DNA of 64,000 nt from an uncultured Eubacteriales bacterium (GTDB taxonomy: Bacteria; Bacillota_I; Bacilli_A; RF39; UBA660). Where the stretch lies: positions 8,629 through 72,628 of the forward strand of contig CAJJKI010000004.1 in the NCBI GenBank assembly GCA_905188025.1. Reading direction: 5' to 3'. Shown piece after piece: positions 17,752 through 29,042 of the stretch. Under the pieces are notes generated by a model. That model worked only from the letters and a program-made list of their open reading frames with translations, ran no database searches and had not been told where the DNA came from. Each line of letters opens with the position of its first letter. Within the stretch, counting starts at the first letter, position 1. Position numbers and translations under genes: made by a program.

Positions 17752-19779
17752 TTATCTTTCATAATTACAACTAGAACATTTGATTTTTTTGCCTTTTTCT
17801 GTTAGAAAATTACCACAATTTGGGCATTTTTCATTTATTGGTTTATCCCAAGTTGCAAAATCACATTTTGGATAATTATTGCATCCATAGAATTTCTTAC
17901 CTTTTTTGGTAGTCTTTTCAATTATTTTTCCATCACATTTTGGACAATCCATTATTTCTTTTGGTGATTCTTTATCATTTTTTATGTATTTGCATTCTGG
18001 ATAATTTGAACAAGCCACAAATGAACCATATCTACTTCTTTTGATAACTAATGGGCTACCACAATTTGGACACAACTCCCCTGTTTCTTCAGCTGGTTTC
18101 TTTTCCATATTAGTAAATGCTGTTTTTACTTTTGGCTCGAATTCATTATAAAATCTAGAAAGTAATTTTGTATATTCTAAATTGCCATCGGCTATTTTAT
18201 CTAAATCTTCTTCCATTTCTCTAGTGTAGTCAACGTTGATAATATCTTTAAAATATTCTTGAAGTTTATCTGTTGTCTCAATTCCTATTTCAGTAGGATA
18301 GAATTTTTTATCATTGATTTTAACATATCCTCTTTCAGATAATATTCCTACTGTAGTTGCATATGTTGATGGACGCCCTATTCCTAGAGTTTCCATATCT
18401 TTTATCAACTTACTTTCAGTATATCTTACTGGAGGTTTTGTTGTATGCATTGTATAGATTATATCGTTGGCAGCAATAACTTTTGTTTTGTAAGTGCTAA
18501 AGTCTGGGAGTATTTTTTCTTTGCTGTCTTCATAATCATTATATACTTTTAGGTAACCATCAAATAATAGGACACTACCAGTTGCCTTGAATTGATAATT
18601 GTTATTGTCTAAGGTAATAGTAGTTGATTCTACTTTGGCATCAGCCATTAATGATGCAAGGGCACGATAATATATCATGCTATATAGTTTATATTCATCT
18701 TGGTTTAGATATGCTTTTACTGATTCTGGAGTTCTATTTATACTTGTTGGCCTGATGGCTTCGTGGGCATCTTGAACATTGTCAGTTTTTTTAGTTTTTT
18801 TGACATATCCTAAATAATTTTCACCATAGGTATTTCTAATATAGCCATATGTTGATTTGATGAACTCTTCTGATAATCTAATTGAGTCAGTTCTCATATA
18901 TGTAATTAAGCCAACAGTTTCATCTTTTAGGGAAACACCTTCATACAATTTTTGTGCAAGCATCATGGTTTTTTTACCAGGAAAATTTAATTTATTTGAG
19001 GCGTCTTGTTGAAGTGTTGAAGTTATATACGGTGGCTTAGCTTTTCTTGCTTTTTCTTGCTTTTCAACACTTTCAATGTTAAATGCTTTGGATAGTTTTG
19101 ATAGTATTTCTTTAGCCTCAAACTCAGTTTTAATTTCTATCTTTTTATGATTATATGTATCTAATTTGGCAGAAAACTCTGAAAACATGGCCTCTATTTC
19201 ATAATAATCTTCAGGAACAAAGGCTTCAATTTCTCTTTCCCTATCTACTATTAACTTTAGGGCTACGCTTTGAACACGGCCAGCAGACTTTCCTCCGGTT
19301 TTTGATTGCATTAATTTGCTTAATCTAAAACCAATGATTCTATCTAGCATTCTTCTTGTTTCTTGGGATTTTACTAAATTTTCATCGATGTCGCGGGCTT
19401 TTGAAAAGCTGTCTAAAATAACATTTTTGGTAATTTCGTTAAATACGATTCTTTGATATTTACCTTTGGCAAGTCCTAGGGTGTCATATAGATGCCAAGA
19501 AATAGCCTCCCCTTCACGATCGGGGTCGGTTGCAAGATATACAAAGTCTGAATTTTTGACATCTTTTTTTAATTCATTAACTAATTTTTTCTTTCCTTTA
19601 ATTATTTCATATGTTGGTTTGAAATTGTTCTCAATATCAATACCAAAGCCATATTTTCCGGTTGTTGATAAATCTCTTATGTGACCTAGTGATGATACTA
19701 CTTTATAATTTGAACCTAAATACTTTTCGATTGTCTTACTCTTACTAGGAGATTCGACAATTACTAATTTTTGTGACAT
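17752..19779 (-). CDS. topA: DNA topoisomerase I
   Basis: Starts MSQKLVIVESPSKSKTIEKYLG (Toprim domain). It also has DPDREGE, the active-site region, and three C-terminal C4 zinc ribbons (CPNCGS..., CPKCDG..., CPNCGN...). I chose the ATG at 19779 over the track's upstream start. Confidence 0.95.
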   Translation of the reverse strand: MSQKLVIVESPSKSKTIEKYLGSNYKVVSSLGHIRDLSTTGKYGFGIDIENNFKPTYEIIKGKKKLVNELKKDVKNSDFVYLATDPDREGEAISWHLYDTLGLAKGKYQRIVFNEITKNVILDSFSKARDIDENLVKSQETRRMLDRIIGFRLSKLMQSKTGGKSAGRVQSVALKLIVDREREIEAFVPEDYYEIEAMFSEFSAKLDTYNHKKIEIKTEFEAKEILSKLSKAFNIESVEKQEKARKAKPPYITSTLQQDASNKLNFPGKKTMMLAQKLYEGVSLKDETVGLITYMRTDSIRLSEEFIKSTYGYIRNTYGENYLGYVKKTKKTDNVQDAHEAIRPTSINRTPESVKAYLNQDEYKLYSMIYYRALASLMADAKVESTTITLDNNNYQFKATGSVLLFDGYLKVYNDYEDSKEKILPDFSTYKTKVIAANDIIYTMHTTKPPVRYTESKLIKDMETLGIGRPSTYATTVGILSERGYVKINDKKFYPTEIGIETTDKLQEYFKDIINVDYTREMEEDLDKIADGNLEYTKLLSRFYNEFEPKVKTAFTNMEKKPAEETGELCPNCGSPLVIKRSRYGSFVACSNYPECKYIKNDKESPKEIMDCPKCDGKIIEKTTKKGKKFYGCNNYPKCDFATWDKPINEKCPNCGNFLTEKGKKIKCSSCNYER

Positions 19780-19900
19780 ATATCTTCGTCCTTTCTTACC
19801 AATTATATACATGTTTTTTTGTTTTTGTCAAACTTTTTTACTACTAAGTTATTTTTACATTATTTTGTAAATTAAGCATAGACTTAAGTGAGGGATATTG

Positions 19901-20806
19901 ATGAAAAATTTTATAGAATATTTTTATAATGTTAAGATAGATAATATAACGATGGAAGATAAATTTTATACTTTTTATAGTAATGACTCTTTATATAAAT
20001 TATATGTATATGAGGACTATGGAGATATTAATTTGATATATAACATTAATAGAAAGATGATAAATAATACTTTAGTTAGTGAAATTATTGTTAATAAAGA
20101 TAATGAAATAGTCAGTATTTATAATGGGGTTAAATATATTCTACTTAAAATATATGTCAATATTAAGAATGATATTTCATTAAAGGAAATTGTTTTATTA
20201 TCTAAAAGTGATGCTACTGGTGACTTAAATATTAATTGGGGAAGTTTATGGGAAAAGAAGATAGATTATTTAGAGAATTTAATTAATGAAAACGGAAAGA
20301 AATATCCTTTGATTGTTGATAGTTTTAATTATTTTGTTGGTTTAGCAGAAAATGCAATTAGCTACTATAATATGATTGAAATTAATAAAGGATATCAGTA
20401 TGTAATTAGTCACAAGGAGATCAGATTTAACGATACGCTGGAGGACTTATATAATCCATTAAATATTATATATGATTATAGGGTTAGAGATGTAGCTGAG
20501 TATATAAAGAGAGCCTTCTTTGTTAATAATATGTTTATTTGGGAAGAGTTAAAAGTTTTTTTTAAGGATGCAATGATAACAGTATTTGAAGCTAAACTTT
20601 TAATTGCAAGATTGCTTTATCCTAGTTTTTATTTTGAAATGTATAATGATATTTTGATTGATAATGCTGAAGAGAAAATATTAATTGATATTATATCAAG
20701 AATAGATGATTATGAGACTTATTTGGAAAATGTAATAGGATTTGTGGCTCATTATTATAATCTTGAGGAAATTGAGTGGCTAAAAAAAAATCATAGTAAT
20801 ATATGA
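19901..20806 (+). CDS. hypothetical protein, possibly YutH/CotS-like spore-coat kinase-fold protein
   Basis: About 301 aa. This is a weak call based on size, Tyr/Asn-rich composition and adjacency to a yutI-like NifU gene, as in Bacillus yutH-yutI. I could not verify any catalytic motif. Confidence 0.3.
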   Translation: MKNFIEYFYNVKIDNITMEDKFYTFYSNDSLYKLYVYEDYGDINLIYNINRKMINNTLVSEIIVNKDNEIVSIYNGVKYILLKIYVNIKNDISLKEIVLLSKSDATGDLNINWGSLWEKKIDYLENLINENGKKYPLIVDSFNYFVGLAENAISYYNMIEINKGYQYVISHKEIRFNDTLEDLYNPLNIIYDYRVRDVAEYIKRAFFVNNMFIWEELKVFFKDAMITVFEAKLLIARLLYPSFYFEMYNDILIDNAEEKILIDIISRIDDYETYLENVIGFVAHYYNLEEIEWLKKNHSNI

Positions 20807-20807
20807 T

Positions 20808-21035
20808 TTATTCTACATTGACAACTTTTATGATTTCTGGTATCTCATTTATTAGAGCTGTTTCAATGCCACTTTCTAAGGTATGATCTGCTAGTGGACA
20901 ATTGCTGCATGCACCGATTAGTTTGACATATGCTACACCATTTTCATATTTAACAAATTCAACATTGCCACCATCATTTTGTAAGTATGGTCTTATTTTA
21001 TCTAATACTGTGATAATTTTTTTCTCTATATCCAT
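20808..21035 (-). CDS. NifU C-terminal-domain (Nfu/YutI-like) Fe-S scaffold protein
   Basis: 75 aa reading IRPYLQNDGGNVEFV...GACSNCPLADHTL, with the CxxC motif typical of the family. Confidence 0.85.
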   Translation of the reverse strand: MDIEKKIITVLDKIRPYLQNDGGNVEFVKYENGVAYVKLIGACSNCPLADHTLESGIETALINEIPEIIKVVNVE

Positions 21036-21138
21036 TTTTTCACCCCATATAAATTATAATATTTTTTTTAACTTTTTTCAATTATAACTTTGAATTTATA
21101 AAAAATAATGTTATAATATGGCTGGAAGTGGAAATATT

Positions 21139-21498
21139 ATGGATGAAATTAAAGTTAATGATATAATTGAAGTAGTAGTTACTGGTATTCAAAAATATGG
21201 AGCCTTTGTACTTATTAATAATAAATATGATGGATTAATTCATATATCAGAGATTTCTAGTGGCTATGTTAAAAATATTAATGATTACATTAAGATTAAA
21301 GATAAGATATACGCACAAGTTGTAGATATTGATGAAGAAAATAATAAATTTAAGTTAAGTATTAAAAATATCGATTATAGAAATAGTGGTAAGGTAATTA
21401 GTGAAGATAATGAGTTTACTAACGGGTTTGAACCACTTAAAGAACATTTAGATTTATGGATTAATGAAAAAATAAAAGAAATTATGGATAAAATGTAA
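21139..21498 (+). CDS. S1 RNA-binding domain protein (YugI/general stress protein 13-like)
   Basis: IIEVVVTGIQKYGAFVLINNKYDGLIHISEIS is an S1 OB fold. I chose the ATG at 21139 (GGAAGTGGA upstream), because the track start at 21118 directly abuts a TATAAT box. Confidence 0.8.
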   Translation: MDEIKVNDIIEVVVTGIQKYGAFVLINNKYDGLIHISEISSGYVKNINDYIKIKDKIYAQVVDIDEENNKFKLSIKNIDYRNSGKVISEDNEFTNGFEPLKEHLDLWINEKIKEIMDKM

Positions 21499-21507
21499 AA
21501 AAAATAG

Positions 21508-21536
21508 TTGACACATGGCAAAACTCGTGGTATATT
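21508..21536 (+). promoter_or_regulatory. sigma-A promoter for the five-tRNA operon
   Basis: TTGACA (21508-21513), a 17-nt spacer ending in TGG, then TATATT (21531-21536). Confidence 0.75.
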
Positions 21537-21587
21537 ATTAAATGTCAGTGCGAAACAATGTCGCAATGGTAAAAACGAGTGATTTGT

Positions 21588-21664
21588 GGGCGATTAGCTC
21601 AGTTGGTTAGAGCACCTGCCTTACAAGCAGGGGGTCATAGGTTCGAGTCCTATATCGCCCACCA
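21588..21664 (+). tRNA. tRNA-Val (UAC)
   Basis: Cloverleaf GGGCGAT...ATCGCCC with anticodon loop CTTACAA and encoded CCA. Confidence 0.93.
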
Positions 21665-21671
21665 TTGTATT

Positions 21672-21747
<76 letters not shown>

Positions 21748-21757
21748 TCTTTTTTTT

Positions 21758-21841
21758 GGAGGGATAGCGAAGTGGTCAAACGCGGCAGACTGTAAATCTG
21801 TTCCTTAGGGTTCCATGGTTCAAATCCATGTCCCTCCACCA
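21758..21841 (+). tRNA. tRNA-Tyr (GUA)
   Basis: 84 nt, GGAGGGA...TCCCTCC, with anticodon loop CTGTAAA, a long variable arm and encoded CCA. Confidence 0.93.
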
Positions 21842-21863
21842 CTTTGTTTTGGTTAGATATCAT

Positions 21864-21938
21864 TGCCTCGTAGCCAAGCGGTAAGGCATCACACTTTGAC
21901 TGTGACATTCGCTAGTTCGAGTCTAGCCGAGGCAACCA
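21864..21938 (+). tRNA. tRNA-Gln (UUG)
   Basis: TGCCTCG...CGAGGCA with a U1:A72 pair, anticodon loop CTTTGAC and encoded CCA. Confidence 0.9.
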
Positions 21939-21945
21939 TATTAAT

Positions 21946-22021
21946 GTTCCGTTAGCTCAGCCGGTAGAGCATTTGACTTTTAATCAAAGGGTCATGCGTT
22001 CAAATCGCATACGGGACACCA
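21946..22021 (+). tRNA. tRNA-Lys (UUU)
   Basis: GTTCCGT...ACGGGAC with anticodon loop CTTTTAA and encoded CCA. Confidence 0.93.
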
Positions 22022-22031
22022 TTTAGAAATT

Positions 22032-22069
22032 AACAAACTTTTATGATTTAAGAGTTTGTTTTTTTTTGT
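22032..22069 (+). terminator. rho-independent terminator after the tRNA operon
   Basis: ACAAACT-loop-AGTTTGT hairpin followed by a T10 run. Confidence 0.75.
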
Positions 22070-22169
22070 TGTCTTTCTACCCTATTTTTGTTGTGATACA
22101 ATTTTAAAATTTAATTCTCTTTATTTTATTTTCTAATACAAAAAACTCATTTGTTTTGAAATGAGTTCA

Positions 22170-22832
22170 TTATTTATAAAAATCAAGTTCTTTTTTTATT
22201 TTATAACACTCCATAAATTTTCTTTTAGGAATAGACTTTTTTATATTTTTTAGTTTTTGATATTGAGCATTTTTATATTCTTCAAATATTTTACTTGAAT
22301 TTGATAAAAGCTTTGGGCCAAAATATAACTCTTTTTTAGTATACTTTTGATATCCTTTTGTAAATTTTATAATTGTATAATATTTATTATTATCTTTGAC
22401 TATTTTTTCTTCTTCGATTAGATAATTCATTTTAGTTATTTCTTTACGAAGGTAATAGTTTTTGGTATTACTTTGAATGATAATTGTACTAATAGTCGAT
22501 AATATTTCTGGGTTATTTTTTAGTATTTCTACTATGGTATATGCTCCCATACCAGATATTATTATAGTGTCTATTTTGTCATTTAAGTTTATAACTTCTA
22601 AGCCACTGCCTAAACGAGTTTCGATGATATCTTCCAAGTTATTATTTTTGATATTTTCTTTAGCATTGCTTAAGGCTTTTTCATTTATATCACTAGCTAT
22701 TATTTTGGATACTATACCATTTTGATACAGATATATATCAAGTAATCCGTGATCACAACCAATATCTACAACTCTTGCTTTTAAAGGAACAAGACTAGAT
22801 ATTTCTTCTAGTCTTTTTGATAGTTTAATCAT
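22170..22832 (-). CDS. trmK: tRNA (adenine22-N1)-methyltransferase
   Basis: [15 protein letters not shown]...ASDINEKAL is a SAM-binding fold. Its position after sigA matches the Bacillus dnaG-sigA-yqfN/trmK order. Confidence 0.8.
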   Translation of the reverse strand: MIKLSKRLEEISSLVPLKARVVDIGCDHGLLDIYLYQNGIVSKIIASDINEKALSNAKENIKNNNLEDIIETRLGSGLEVINLNDKIDTIIISGMGAYTIVEILKNNPEILSTISTIIIQSNTKNYYLRKEITKMNYLIEEEKIVKDNNKYYTIIKFTKGYQKYTKKELYFGPKLLSNSSKIFEEYKNAQYQKLKNIKKSIPKRKFMECYKIKKELDFYK

Positions 22833-23928
22833 TTAAGAAATCCTTTAATTTTCTACTTCTTGATGGATGACGTAATTTTCTTAGGGCTTTAGCTTCTATT
22901 TGACGGATTCTCTCACGAGTTACTCCGAACATTTGCCCTACTTCCTCAAGAGTTTTGCAGCAGCCGTCATCAAGGCCAAATCTTAAACGTAATACTTGCT
23001 CTTCACGTTCAGTTAATGTTAGTAATACGTCAGAAATTTCATCTTTTAATAGTTCATGAACGGTATATTCTTCAGGTGACATTGATCTCTCATCTTTGAC
23101 AAAGTCTCCTAAATGAGAATCATCTTCTTCTCCTATTGGAGTTTCTAATGATACTGGCTCTTGGGCTATTTTTATTACTTCTCTTATTTTATCTAATGAC
23201 ATATGCATTTTTTTTGCTAGTTCTTCTTCAGTTGGTTCACGATTTAATTCTAGAGTTAATTGTCTTTGATATCTTGATAATCTATTTATAGTTTCTACCA
23301 TGTGAACAGGAACTCTAATAGTGCGGGCTTGATCGGCAATGGCTCTTGTGATAGCTTGTCTAATCCACCATGTAGCATAAGTTGAAAATTTATAACCTTT
23401 GCTGGCATCGAATTTTTCAACTGCTTTCATTAGACCAATGTTTCCTTCTTGAATTAAGTCTAGGAAAAGCATTCCACGGCCAACATATCTTTTAGCTATT
23501 GATACTACTAGACGTAAGTTAGATTCTGCTAATTGATTTTTTGCTTCTTCGTCACCAGCAACAATTCTAGCTGACAGTTCCATTTCTTCATCAAGTGTTA
23601 ATAAGCTAATCTTTCCTATTTCTTTTAAATACATTCTAACTGGGTCACTAATTGTTAGCTCTTTAGCTAGTGTACTATCTTTTAAAAGGTCATCAAAATT
23701 ACCTCCAATGTCAGCATCGCCAGAATCTTCTCCTGATAAATCATCATCAGTTACAACTTGAATATTTGCTTCCATTAAACTGTTATACAAATCATCTAAT
23801 GAATCGCTATCTAAATCTAGACCTTTTAAGGCAGTGGCTAATTGTTCATAAGTAACGTAACCACTTTCAGTTCCTTTAGCAATTAATTCTTTTTTTCTTT
23901 CCTCATATGGTTTTATTTCTTCTATCAT
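22825..23928 (-). CDS. sigA: RNA polymerase primary sigma factor
   Basis: 367 aa with an acidic region 1.1, [47 protein letters not shown] and region 4.2 [20 protein letters not shown]. Confidence 0.97.
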   Translation of the reverse strand: MIEEIKPYEERKKELIAKGTESGYVTYEQLATALKGLDLDSDSLDDLYNSLMEANIQVVTDDDLSGEDSGDADIGGNFDDLLKDSTLAKELTISDPVRMYLKEIGKISLLTLDEEMELSARIVAGDEEAKNQLAESNLRLVVSIAKRYVGRGMLFLDLIQEGNIGLMKAVEKFDASKGYKFSTYATWWIRQAITRAIADQARTIRVPVHMVETINRLSRYQRQLTLELNREPTEEELAKKMHMSLDKIREVIKIAQEPVSLETPIGEEDDSHLGDFVKDERSMSPEEYTVHELLKDEISDVLLTLTEREEQVLRLRFGLDDGCCKTLEEVGQMFGVTRERIRQIEAKALRKLRHPSRSRKLKDFLND

Positions 23929-25658
23929 TCTTTCACTCCTCTTAATGATAATAGTAATTCATTCAATAGTTTTGCTTGTTCTATTGGATCTTTTTCATTT
24001 TTTATTTTATTTTTTAATTCTTCATTTTTCTTTTTTATAGGATATGAGTTTACAACCTTTATATAATCATCTATCTCTTCTTCAAGATAATTATCTTTTA
24101 ATTGTAAATTCATAATATTATTAAATAATTTCATTTCAGATTCTTTGTCAGAAATATAACTAATAAAATCAGCAATATTTATAGTTTTATATTTATGATA
24201 ATATGAAATAATCTCATTTGATAAAGCTCTTATTTCGGTGTTGGGAAAATACGTAATGTTGTGTTCTACTAGACTAATTATTTTGGAATCTCGCAACATG
24301 TAATATATTAGACTTATTGAAGCGTTATCATACTGATTAATCTTTTCTTTTTTAGGATAATCATTTTTTTGATTTTTAGTCTGTTCTTTTTGTGATTTTG
24401 TTTTAAGTAAGGTATATTTGTCTTTTAGTATTTGATATCCTATTTTGTATTCTTCTGATAATTTGTTGAGAGTTAATTCTACTATAACTTGATTTGGTTC
24501 TATTAGTAGATCATTTATGGCCTCGTCTAGATATTTTGAAATGTCTTCAATATCAGTAAGATTTTTAGAGTTTTTATGAATTTTCATCATAAAATCAATA
24601 GCACTTTCAGGAAAATCTACTTTATTTTTGAATTTTTCTTGGCCATATTTTAGAATATACTCATCGGGATCTAAATCTTCTTCAAGACGAATTACTTTAG
24701 GATTAACGTCTATTTCTTTTAAAATGCTTATGGCACTGATAGTGGCTTCTTCGCCCGCTTTATCGCCATCAAAACATAAAATGATATTGTTGGCTGTTTT
24801 CTTTAGCAAGTTAGCATTTTGTTTGGTTAAGGCAGTACCCATGGTTGCAACGCAATTTGTGACACCTATGGTGTTAGCTCTAATTACATCCATAAAGCCT
24901 TCCATAACAATGATTGAATCATTTTTCTTTAAAAGCTCTTTAGCATTGTGATAATTATATAATATAGTTCCTTTTTTAAAGATTGCTGTTTCTTTAGTAT
25001 TAATATATTTGCTGGAATCTTTGGTATTATAGATTCTACCTGAAAAGGCTATTACTTTTCCTTCAAGATCATACAAAGGAAACATGATTCTATTGGAAAA
25101 TAAGTCAGTACCATTTTCATGACTAAGACCTAAATCAACTAATTTAGTTAGTGGAATGTTTTTACTTAGGAGATAGTCAGTTAAAGAAGTTTTAGGCATT
25201 GATAGACCAATTTTAAATTTCTTAATGCTTTCTTTATCTATTTGTCTTTTCTCTAAGTATTCTTGTGCGTTAAGACCTAAGTTTGTATTTAAATTATTTT
25301 GATAAAATTTGCATGCTAAGGCGTAAATTTCATATGATTCATCATTTTTATTTTTTACTACTTGATAGTCGCCAAGATCGTAACCTACTTTTTTTCCTAG
25401 AAGTCTTACGGCATCATAAAAACTAATATGTTCATAATCTGCTACGAAGGTAAAAACATTACCAGTCGCGCCACAGGAAAAGCAAGTAAAGATTTGTTTT
25501 TCTTTGGAGACACTCATGCTTGGGGAATGATCATCATGAAATGGACAAACTCCAAAGTAGTTTTTTCCACGTTGTGTTAATGGTAGATAATTTGATATTA
25601 CTTCAACGATATCTGTTTTATTTCTTATTTCGTTTATCATTTCATTTGTAATCTTCAT
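23925..25658 (-). CDS. dnaG: DNA primase
   Basis: Contains the zinc ribbon [13 protein letters not shown]...[15 protein letters not shown] and the Toprim motifs VMEGFMDV...CFDGDKAG. I chose the ATG at 25658, preceded by GGAGGGGAT. Confidence 0.95.
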   Translation of the reverse strand: MKITNEMINEIRNKTDIVEVISNYLPLTQRGKNYFGVCPFHDDHSPSMSVSKEKQIFTCFSCGATGNVFTFVADYEHISFYDAVRLLGKKVGYDLGDYQVVKNKNDESYEIYALACKFYQNNLNTNLGLNAQEYLEKRQIDKESIKKFKIGLSMPKTSLTDYLLSKNIPLTKLVDLGLSHENGTDLFSNRIMFPLYDLEGKVIAFSGRIYNTKDSSKYINTKETAIFKKGTILYNYHNAKELLKKNDSIIVMEGFMDVIRANTIGVTNCVATMGTALTKQNANLLKKTANNIILCFDGDKAGEEATISAISILKEIDVNPKVIRLEEDLDPDEYILKYGQEKFKNKVDFPESAIDFMMKIHKNSKNLTDIEDISKYLDEAINDLLIEPNQVIVELTLNKLSEEYKIGYQILKDKYTLLKTKSQKEQTKNQKNDYPKKEKINQYDNASISLIYYMLRDSKIISLVEHNITYFPNTEIRALSNEIISYYHKYKTINIADFISYISDKESEMKLFNNIMNLQLKDNYLEEEIDDYIKVVNSYPIKKKNEELKNKIKNEKDPIEQAKLLNELLLSLRGVKE

Positions 25659-25777
25659 TTTATCCCCTCCAATAATGATATTGTAAAAAAACTTGTAGAT
25701 TACTTTTATTTTTATTAACTTTTTGTTAACTTTACGCAAATTTTACACATGTTGTTTATTTTTTGAAGGATTTTGAG

Positions 25778-26800
25778 CTATTTTATGAACATTGCATCGC
25801 CAAACGAAAAGAAGCGATATTCCATTTTTACGGCCTCATTATAAGCAGCCATTATATTTTCTTTACCGGCAAGGGCACTGACAAGCATTATTAGAGTGGA
25901 CTTTGGTAAGTGAAAATTTGTTATTAGAGCATTTATTGCTTTAAACTCATATCCTGGATAGATAAATATTTCTGTCCAACCTTGGCATTCTTTAAATTCA
26001 CCATATAGATTGGCGATTGTTTCTAAGGTTCTTGTTGAAGTCGTTCCAACACTAATTATACGACGATTTTCTTTTTTTGCTTTATTTAAGACTTCTGCTG
26101 TTTCCTTGCTCATACAATAAAACTCACTGTGCATTTTGTGTTTTGTAACGTCTTCTACGGCTACTGGTCTAAATGTTCCAAGTCCAACATGAAGAGTTAT
26201 ATATTCTATTAATACACCTTTTTCTTTTGCTCTTTCTAATAGTTCTTCAGTAAAATGAAGTCCAGCAGTCGGAGCGGCAGCACTGCCTATATTTTTGGCA
26301 TATACTGTTTGATATCGATCTTTATCTTTTAGTTTTTGATGAATATATGGTGGTAAAGGCATTTCTCCCAATTCATCTAAAATTTCATAAAAGATACCAT
26401 CATAGATAAATTGCATTATTCTTATGCCATCTTCGCCAATGCCAACACATTTGGCTTTTAATTTATCACTAAATACTATTACACTACCCTCTTTTACTCT
26501 TTTAGCAGGTTTAGCTAAGCATGTCCAAGTATTTGTAGAATTTTCTTTTAACATTAATATTTCAATAGCGGCTTTTGTTTCTTCTTTGGTACCATATAAT
26601 CTAGCAGGCATTACTTTTGTATCATTTAAAACGAGAACATCTCCTTTATTTAGATAATCAATGATATCAGAGAAATGCTTATGCTCTATTTGACCTGTTT
26701 TTTTATCTAAAATAAGTAAACGTGAAGCATCTCTTTGTAACAATGGTGTTTGTGCTATTAAGTTTTCTGGTAAATAATAATCAAAGTCGTCAGTTTTCAT
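25778..26800 (-). CDS. queA: S-adenosylmethionine:tRNA ribosyltransferase-isomerase
   Basis: Reads [20 protein letters not shown]...RLL...PPYI...[10 protein letters not shown]...[10 protein letters not shown]. The ATG at 26800 gives the canonical N-terminus. Confidence 0.95.
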   Translation of the reverse strand: MKTDDFDYYLPENLIAQTPLLQRDASRLLILDKKTGQIEHKHFSDIIDYLNKGDVLVLNDTKVMPARLYGTKEETKAAIEILMLKENSTNTWTCLAKPAKRVKEGSVIVFSDKLKAKCVGIGEDGIRIMQFIYDGIFYEILDELGEMPLPPYIHQKLKDKDRYQTVYAKNIGSAAAPTAGLHFTEELLERAKEKGVLIEYITLHVGLGTFRPVAVEDVTKHKMHSEFYCMSKETAEVLNKAKKENRRIISVGTTSTRTLETIANLYGEFKECQGWTEIFIYPGYEFKAINALITNFHLPKSTLIMLVSALAGKENIMAAYNEAVKMEYRFFSFGDAMFIK

Positions 26801-26986
26801 TTTATTATCACTCCTAAATCGGACTATATTATAACACATTTTTTTAACTTTGTGTTGACTTTTGTAACTTTTTTGTTTATTTAAAAAAGCTATCTACTAC
26901 AAACGAGTGATAACTTATTTTTCCTATTACTTATATTGTTTATCTTGAAGGATATTATTTGGATTAAATGTAGATTAATTTTATAA

Positions 26987-27655
26987 TTAATTAGCAATTG
27001 TATCATCAGTTTTAGTGCCATCTCCGGATATGTGATAAGTTTCTCCTAGATAAGTAGATGATGGCTTGATAATGCATTTAAAGAAGTCTTTTATGCGGGC
27101 AAAGAATTCTCTTATATCTCTTTTAGACTGATTAACATATGCTTTTTTATCGGATGCAATGCCATATACTTCATCAAACCCTAATTTGTTAGCAATATAC
27201 AATGAACGGTAAAGGTGATATTTTTGGGTTACGATGATTATTTTATTAGCTTTATATATTTTGTTTGCACGATAAATACTATCATATGAGGAAATACCAG
27301 CGTGATCCATGAAAATATTTTCTTCGGGAATATCATGCTCTAATAGATAATTTTTCATAACAACTACTTCATTATAATCTTCTTTAGTGTGATCACCGCT
27401 AACAATGATTTTATTTGTGGGTGTTTTGTTATATACTTCTATTCCAGTTGTTAAACGGTCTTCTAGCATAGGACTTGGTTTATTACGCCTGATTCCTGCT
27501 CCTAGAATTAATATACAATCATATTTGTCGTTTGAAATATCTGAGATAGAAATAATCTGATCTTTGACACTAATAATCATATATATATTTATTGCAATAG
27601 CAACAAATAGCAATAATAAAAATGTTTTAATAATTAATTTTATAAATTTTCTCAT
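26987..27655 (-). CDS. SanA/YdcF (DUF218) family membrane protein
   Basis: N-terminal TM helix, then ILGAG...SGDH...YNEVVVMKNYL...DHAGISSYDSIYRA...IIVTQKYHLYRSLYIA, which parallels E. coli SanA. Confidence 0.75.
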   Translation of the reverse strand: MRKFIKLIIKTFLLLLFVAIAINIYMIISVKDQIISISDISNDKYDCILILGAGIRRNKPSPMLEDRLTTGIEVYNKTPTNKIIVSGDHTKEDYNEVVVMKNYLLEHDIPEENIFMDHAGISSYDSIYRANKIYKANKIIIVTQKYHLYRSLYIANKLGFDEVYGIASDKKAYVNQSKRDIREFFARIKDFFKCIIKPSSTYLGETYHISGDGTKTDDTIAN

Positions 27656-27768
27656 TTTATACCTCTATTTTTAGTATAACATTAAATAGAAAAAAACACA
27701 ATTCCTGTGTTTTATCTATCACATATAGTGACACTATAATATATTCATTTATTTTGATATTATGACTT

Positions 27769-28926
27769 TTAACGAGGAATTTTTAAATTTTGATCGGGAC
27801 TTAAATTATTGGTAGTAAGATTATTTAGTTTTTTGATTTCTGCGACGGTGGTGTTATATTTTTGGGCAATTTGATAGAGAGTGTCTCCTTTTTTGACTGT
27901 ATATATAAAGTATTCTTTTACAGGTGCAGGGATATTTAATACTTGACCTATTGTTAAGTTATTGTTAGTAAGATTGTTATTTTTCTTTAATTCTGCGACG
28001 GTGGTATTGTATTTTTGGGCAATTTGATAGAGGGTATCTCCTTTTTTGACTATATAAATATCAGAGTTAGCATTTGATGGTGGTAGTGTGGACGAAGTTT
28101 CGGAATTAGCTTTTGGTATTTTGATAGTGTCTCCTATTGTTAGAGTATTGGAAGTTAAGTTATTGGCAGTTTTGATGGCTTCAGGAGTCGTATTGTATTT
28201 CTTGGCAATTTGATAGAGGGTGTCTCCTTTTTTTATTGTATATGTATAATAATTGCTAGTAGAAGGTGTCTCTTTTGGTATAGACGGAGTTTTAAGTATT
28301 TGACCTGGTGTTAAATTATTAGATGATAAATTGTTCAATTTCTTGATTTCTGCTACAGTAGTGTTATATTTTTTAGCAATTTGATATAAAGTGTCTCCTT
28401 TAGCGACAGTATACTTTTTTTGTCCGTTTAGGCTTTCTACAATAGTATCTACAATTATATCTACAGTTAACTTATAATTTTCACTTGGAGGATACTCTAT
28501 TATAATGGTTTCATTTGGAGAGGTATTTCTAATTATATTATAATAATCAAGGATAGTATTAGTTGGTAAACGGCGCTGGTAATATTTGTTAACATTTATA
28601 TTGTTACTTTCTAGATTACTACTAATCATACTAGGTAACTTATCAGTGCTTCGCAAGGGATAGATAATATCAAATTCATTACCTTCAGAAATTCTATTTT
28701 GAATTATTAGATCATTATTATTTTTAATTTCATTTATAATGCTGTTACGCTCATCGTCACTTAATTGAACGTCGTTAGTACGGACTAGTTCAGTATCTAT
28801 ACCTTGTTTATTAAATTCTTCGGACATGTATTTTGAAAGTTCAAGTAGAAGATTTTTTTCATATTTATTATTTATATTTTGCCCAGTATCCTGGCCTCCA
28901 CGATATGGATCAATAATTATTTTCAT
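27769..28926 (-). CDS. CwlC-like Amidase_3 domain (zinc ligands substituted) fused to four LysM repeats
   Basis: There is no signal peptide. The N-terminus MKIIIDPYRGGQDTG aligns with CwlC VKIFIDPGHGGSDPG, and LIIQNRISEGN aligns with FLSIHVNSGG. Four copies of Y[TI]VKKGDTLYQIAxKYNTT...NNL follow (aa 172-384). Confidence 0.75.
   Translation of the reverse strand: MKIIIDPYRGGQDTGQNINNKYEKNLLLELSKYMSEEFNKQGIDTELVRTNDVQLSDDERNSIINEIKNNNDLIIQNRISEGNEFDIIYPLRSTDKLPSMISSNLESNNINVNKYYQRRLPTNTILDYYNIIRNTSPNETIIIEYPPSENYKLTVDIIVDTIVESLNGQKKYTVAKGDTLYQIAKKYNTTVAEIKKLNNLSSNNLTPGQILKTPSIPKETPSTSNYYTYTIKKGDTLYQIAKKYNTTPEAIKTANNLTSNTLTIGDTIKIPKANSETSSTLPPSNANSDIYIVKKGDTLYQIAQKYNTTVAELKKNNNLTNNNLTIGQVLNIPAPVKEYFIYTVKKGDTLYQIAQKYNTTVAEIKKLNNLTTNNLSPDQNLKIPR
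27775..28413 (-). repeat. four tandem LysM-coding repeats (about 130-170 nt period)
   Basis: Near-identical DNA blocks recur, for example ttgggcaatttgatagag[ag]g[tg][ga]tctcctttttt at about 27860, 28015 and 28205 and a variant at about 28375. They encode KKGDTLYQIA[QK]KYNTT. Confidence 0.85.
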
Positions 28927-29042
28927 TTTAATTCACCTATTAAATTATATTTTTATTTATGAAAAAAATAACATATTGAGTCAAACTGTTCATCTTTTGG
29001 ATGAGTTAGCTTTCTAATATGTTATTTTATATAACTAAATAA

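Noticed and set aside
20782-20808. A9 homopolymer near the 3' end of the 301-aa ORF, plus the 1-nt gap to the convergent nifU-like gene, as a phase-variation or antisense-overlap device
   Set aside because: The A-run lies only about 5 codons before the stop, so slippage would merely alter a few terminal residues. Tight convergent spacing is common in this compact genome. No supporting structure was seen.
27775-28413. Regularly spaced DNA repeats that might suggest a CRISPR array
   Set aside because: The repeats lie in frame inside a long ORF and encode four LysM domains. The intervening pieces are coding linkers, and no cas genes are present.
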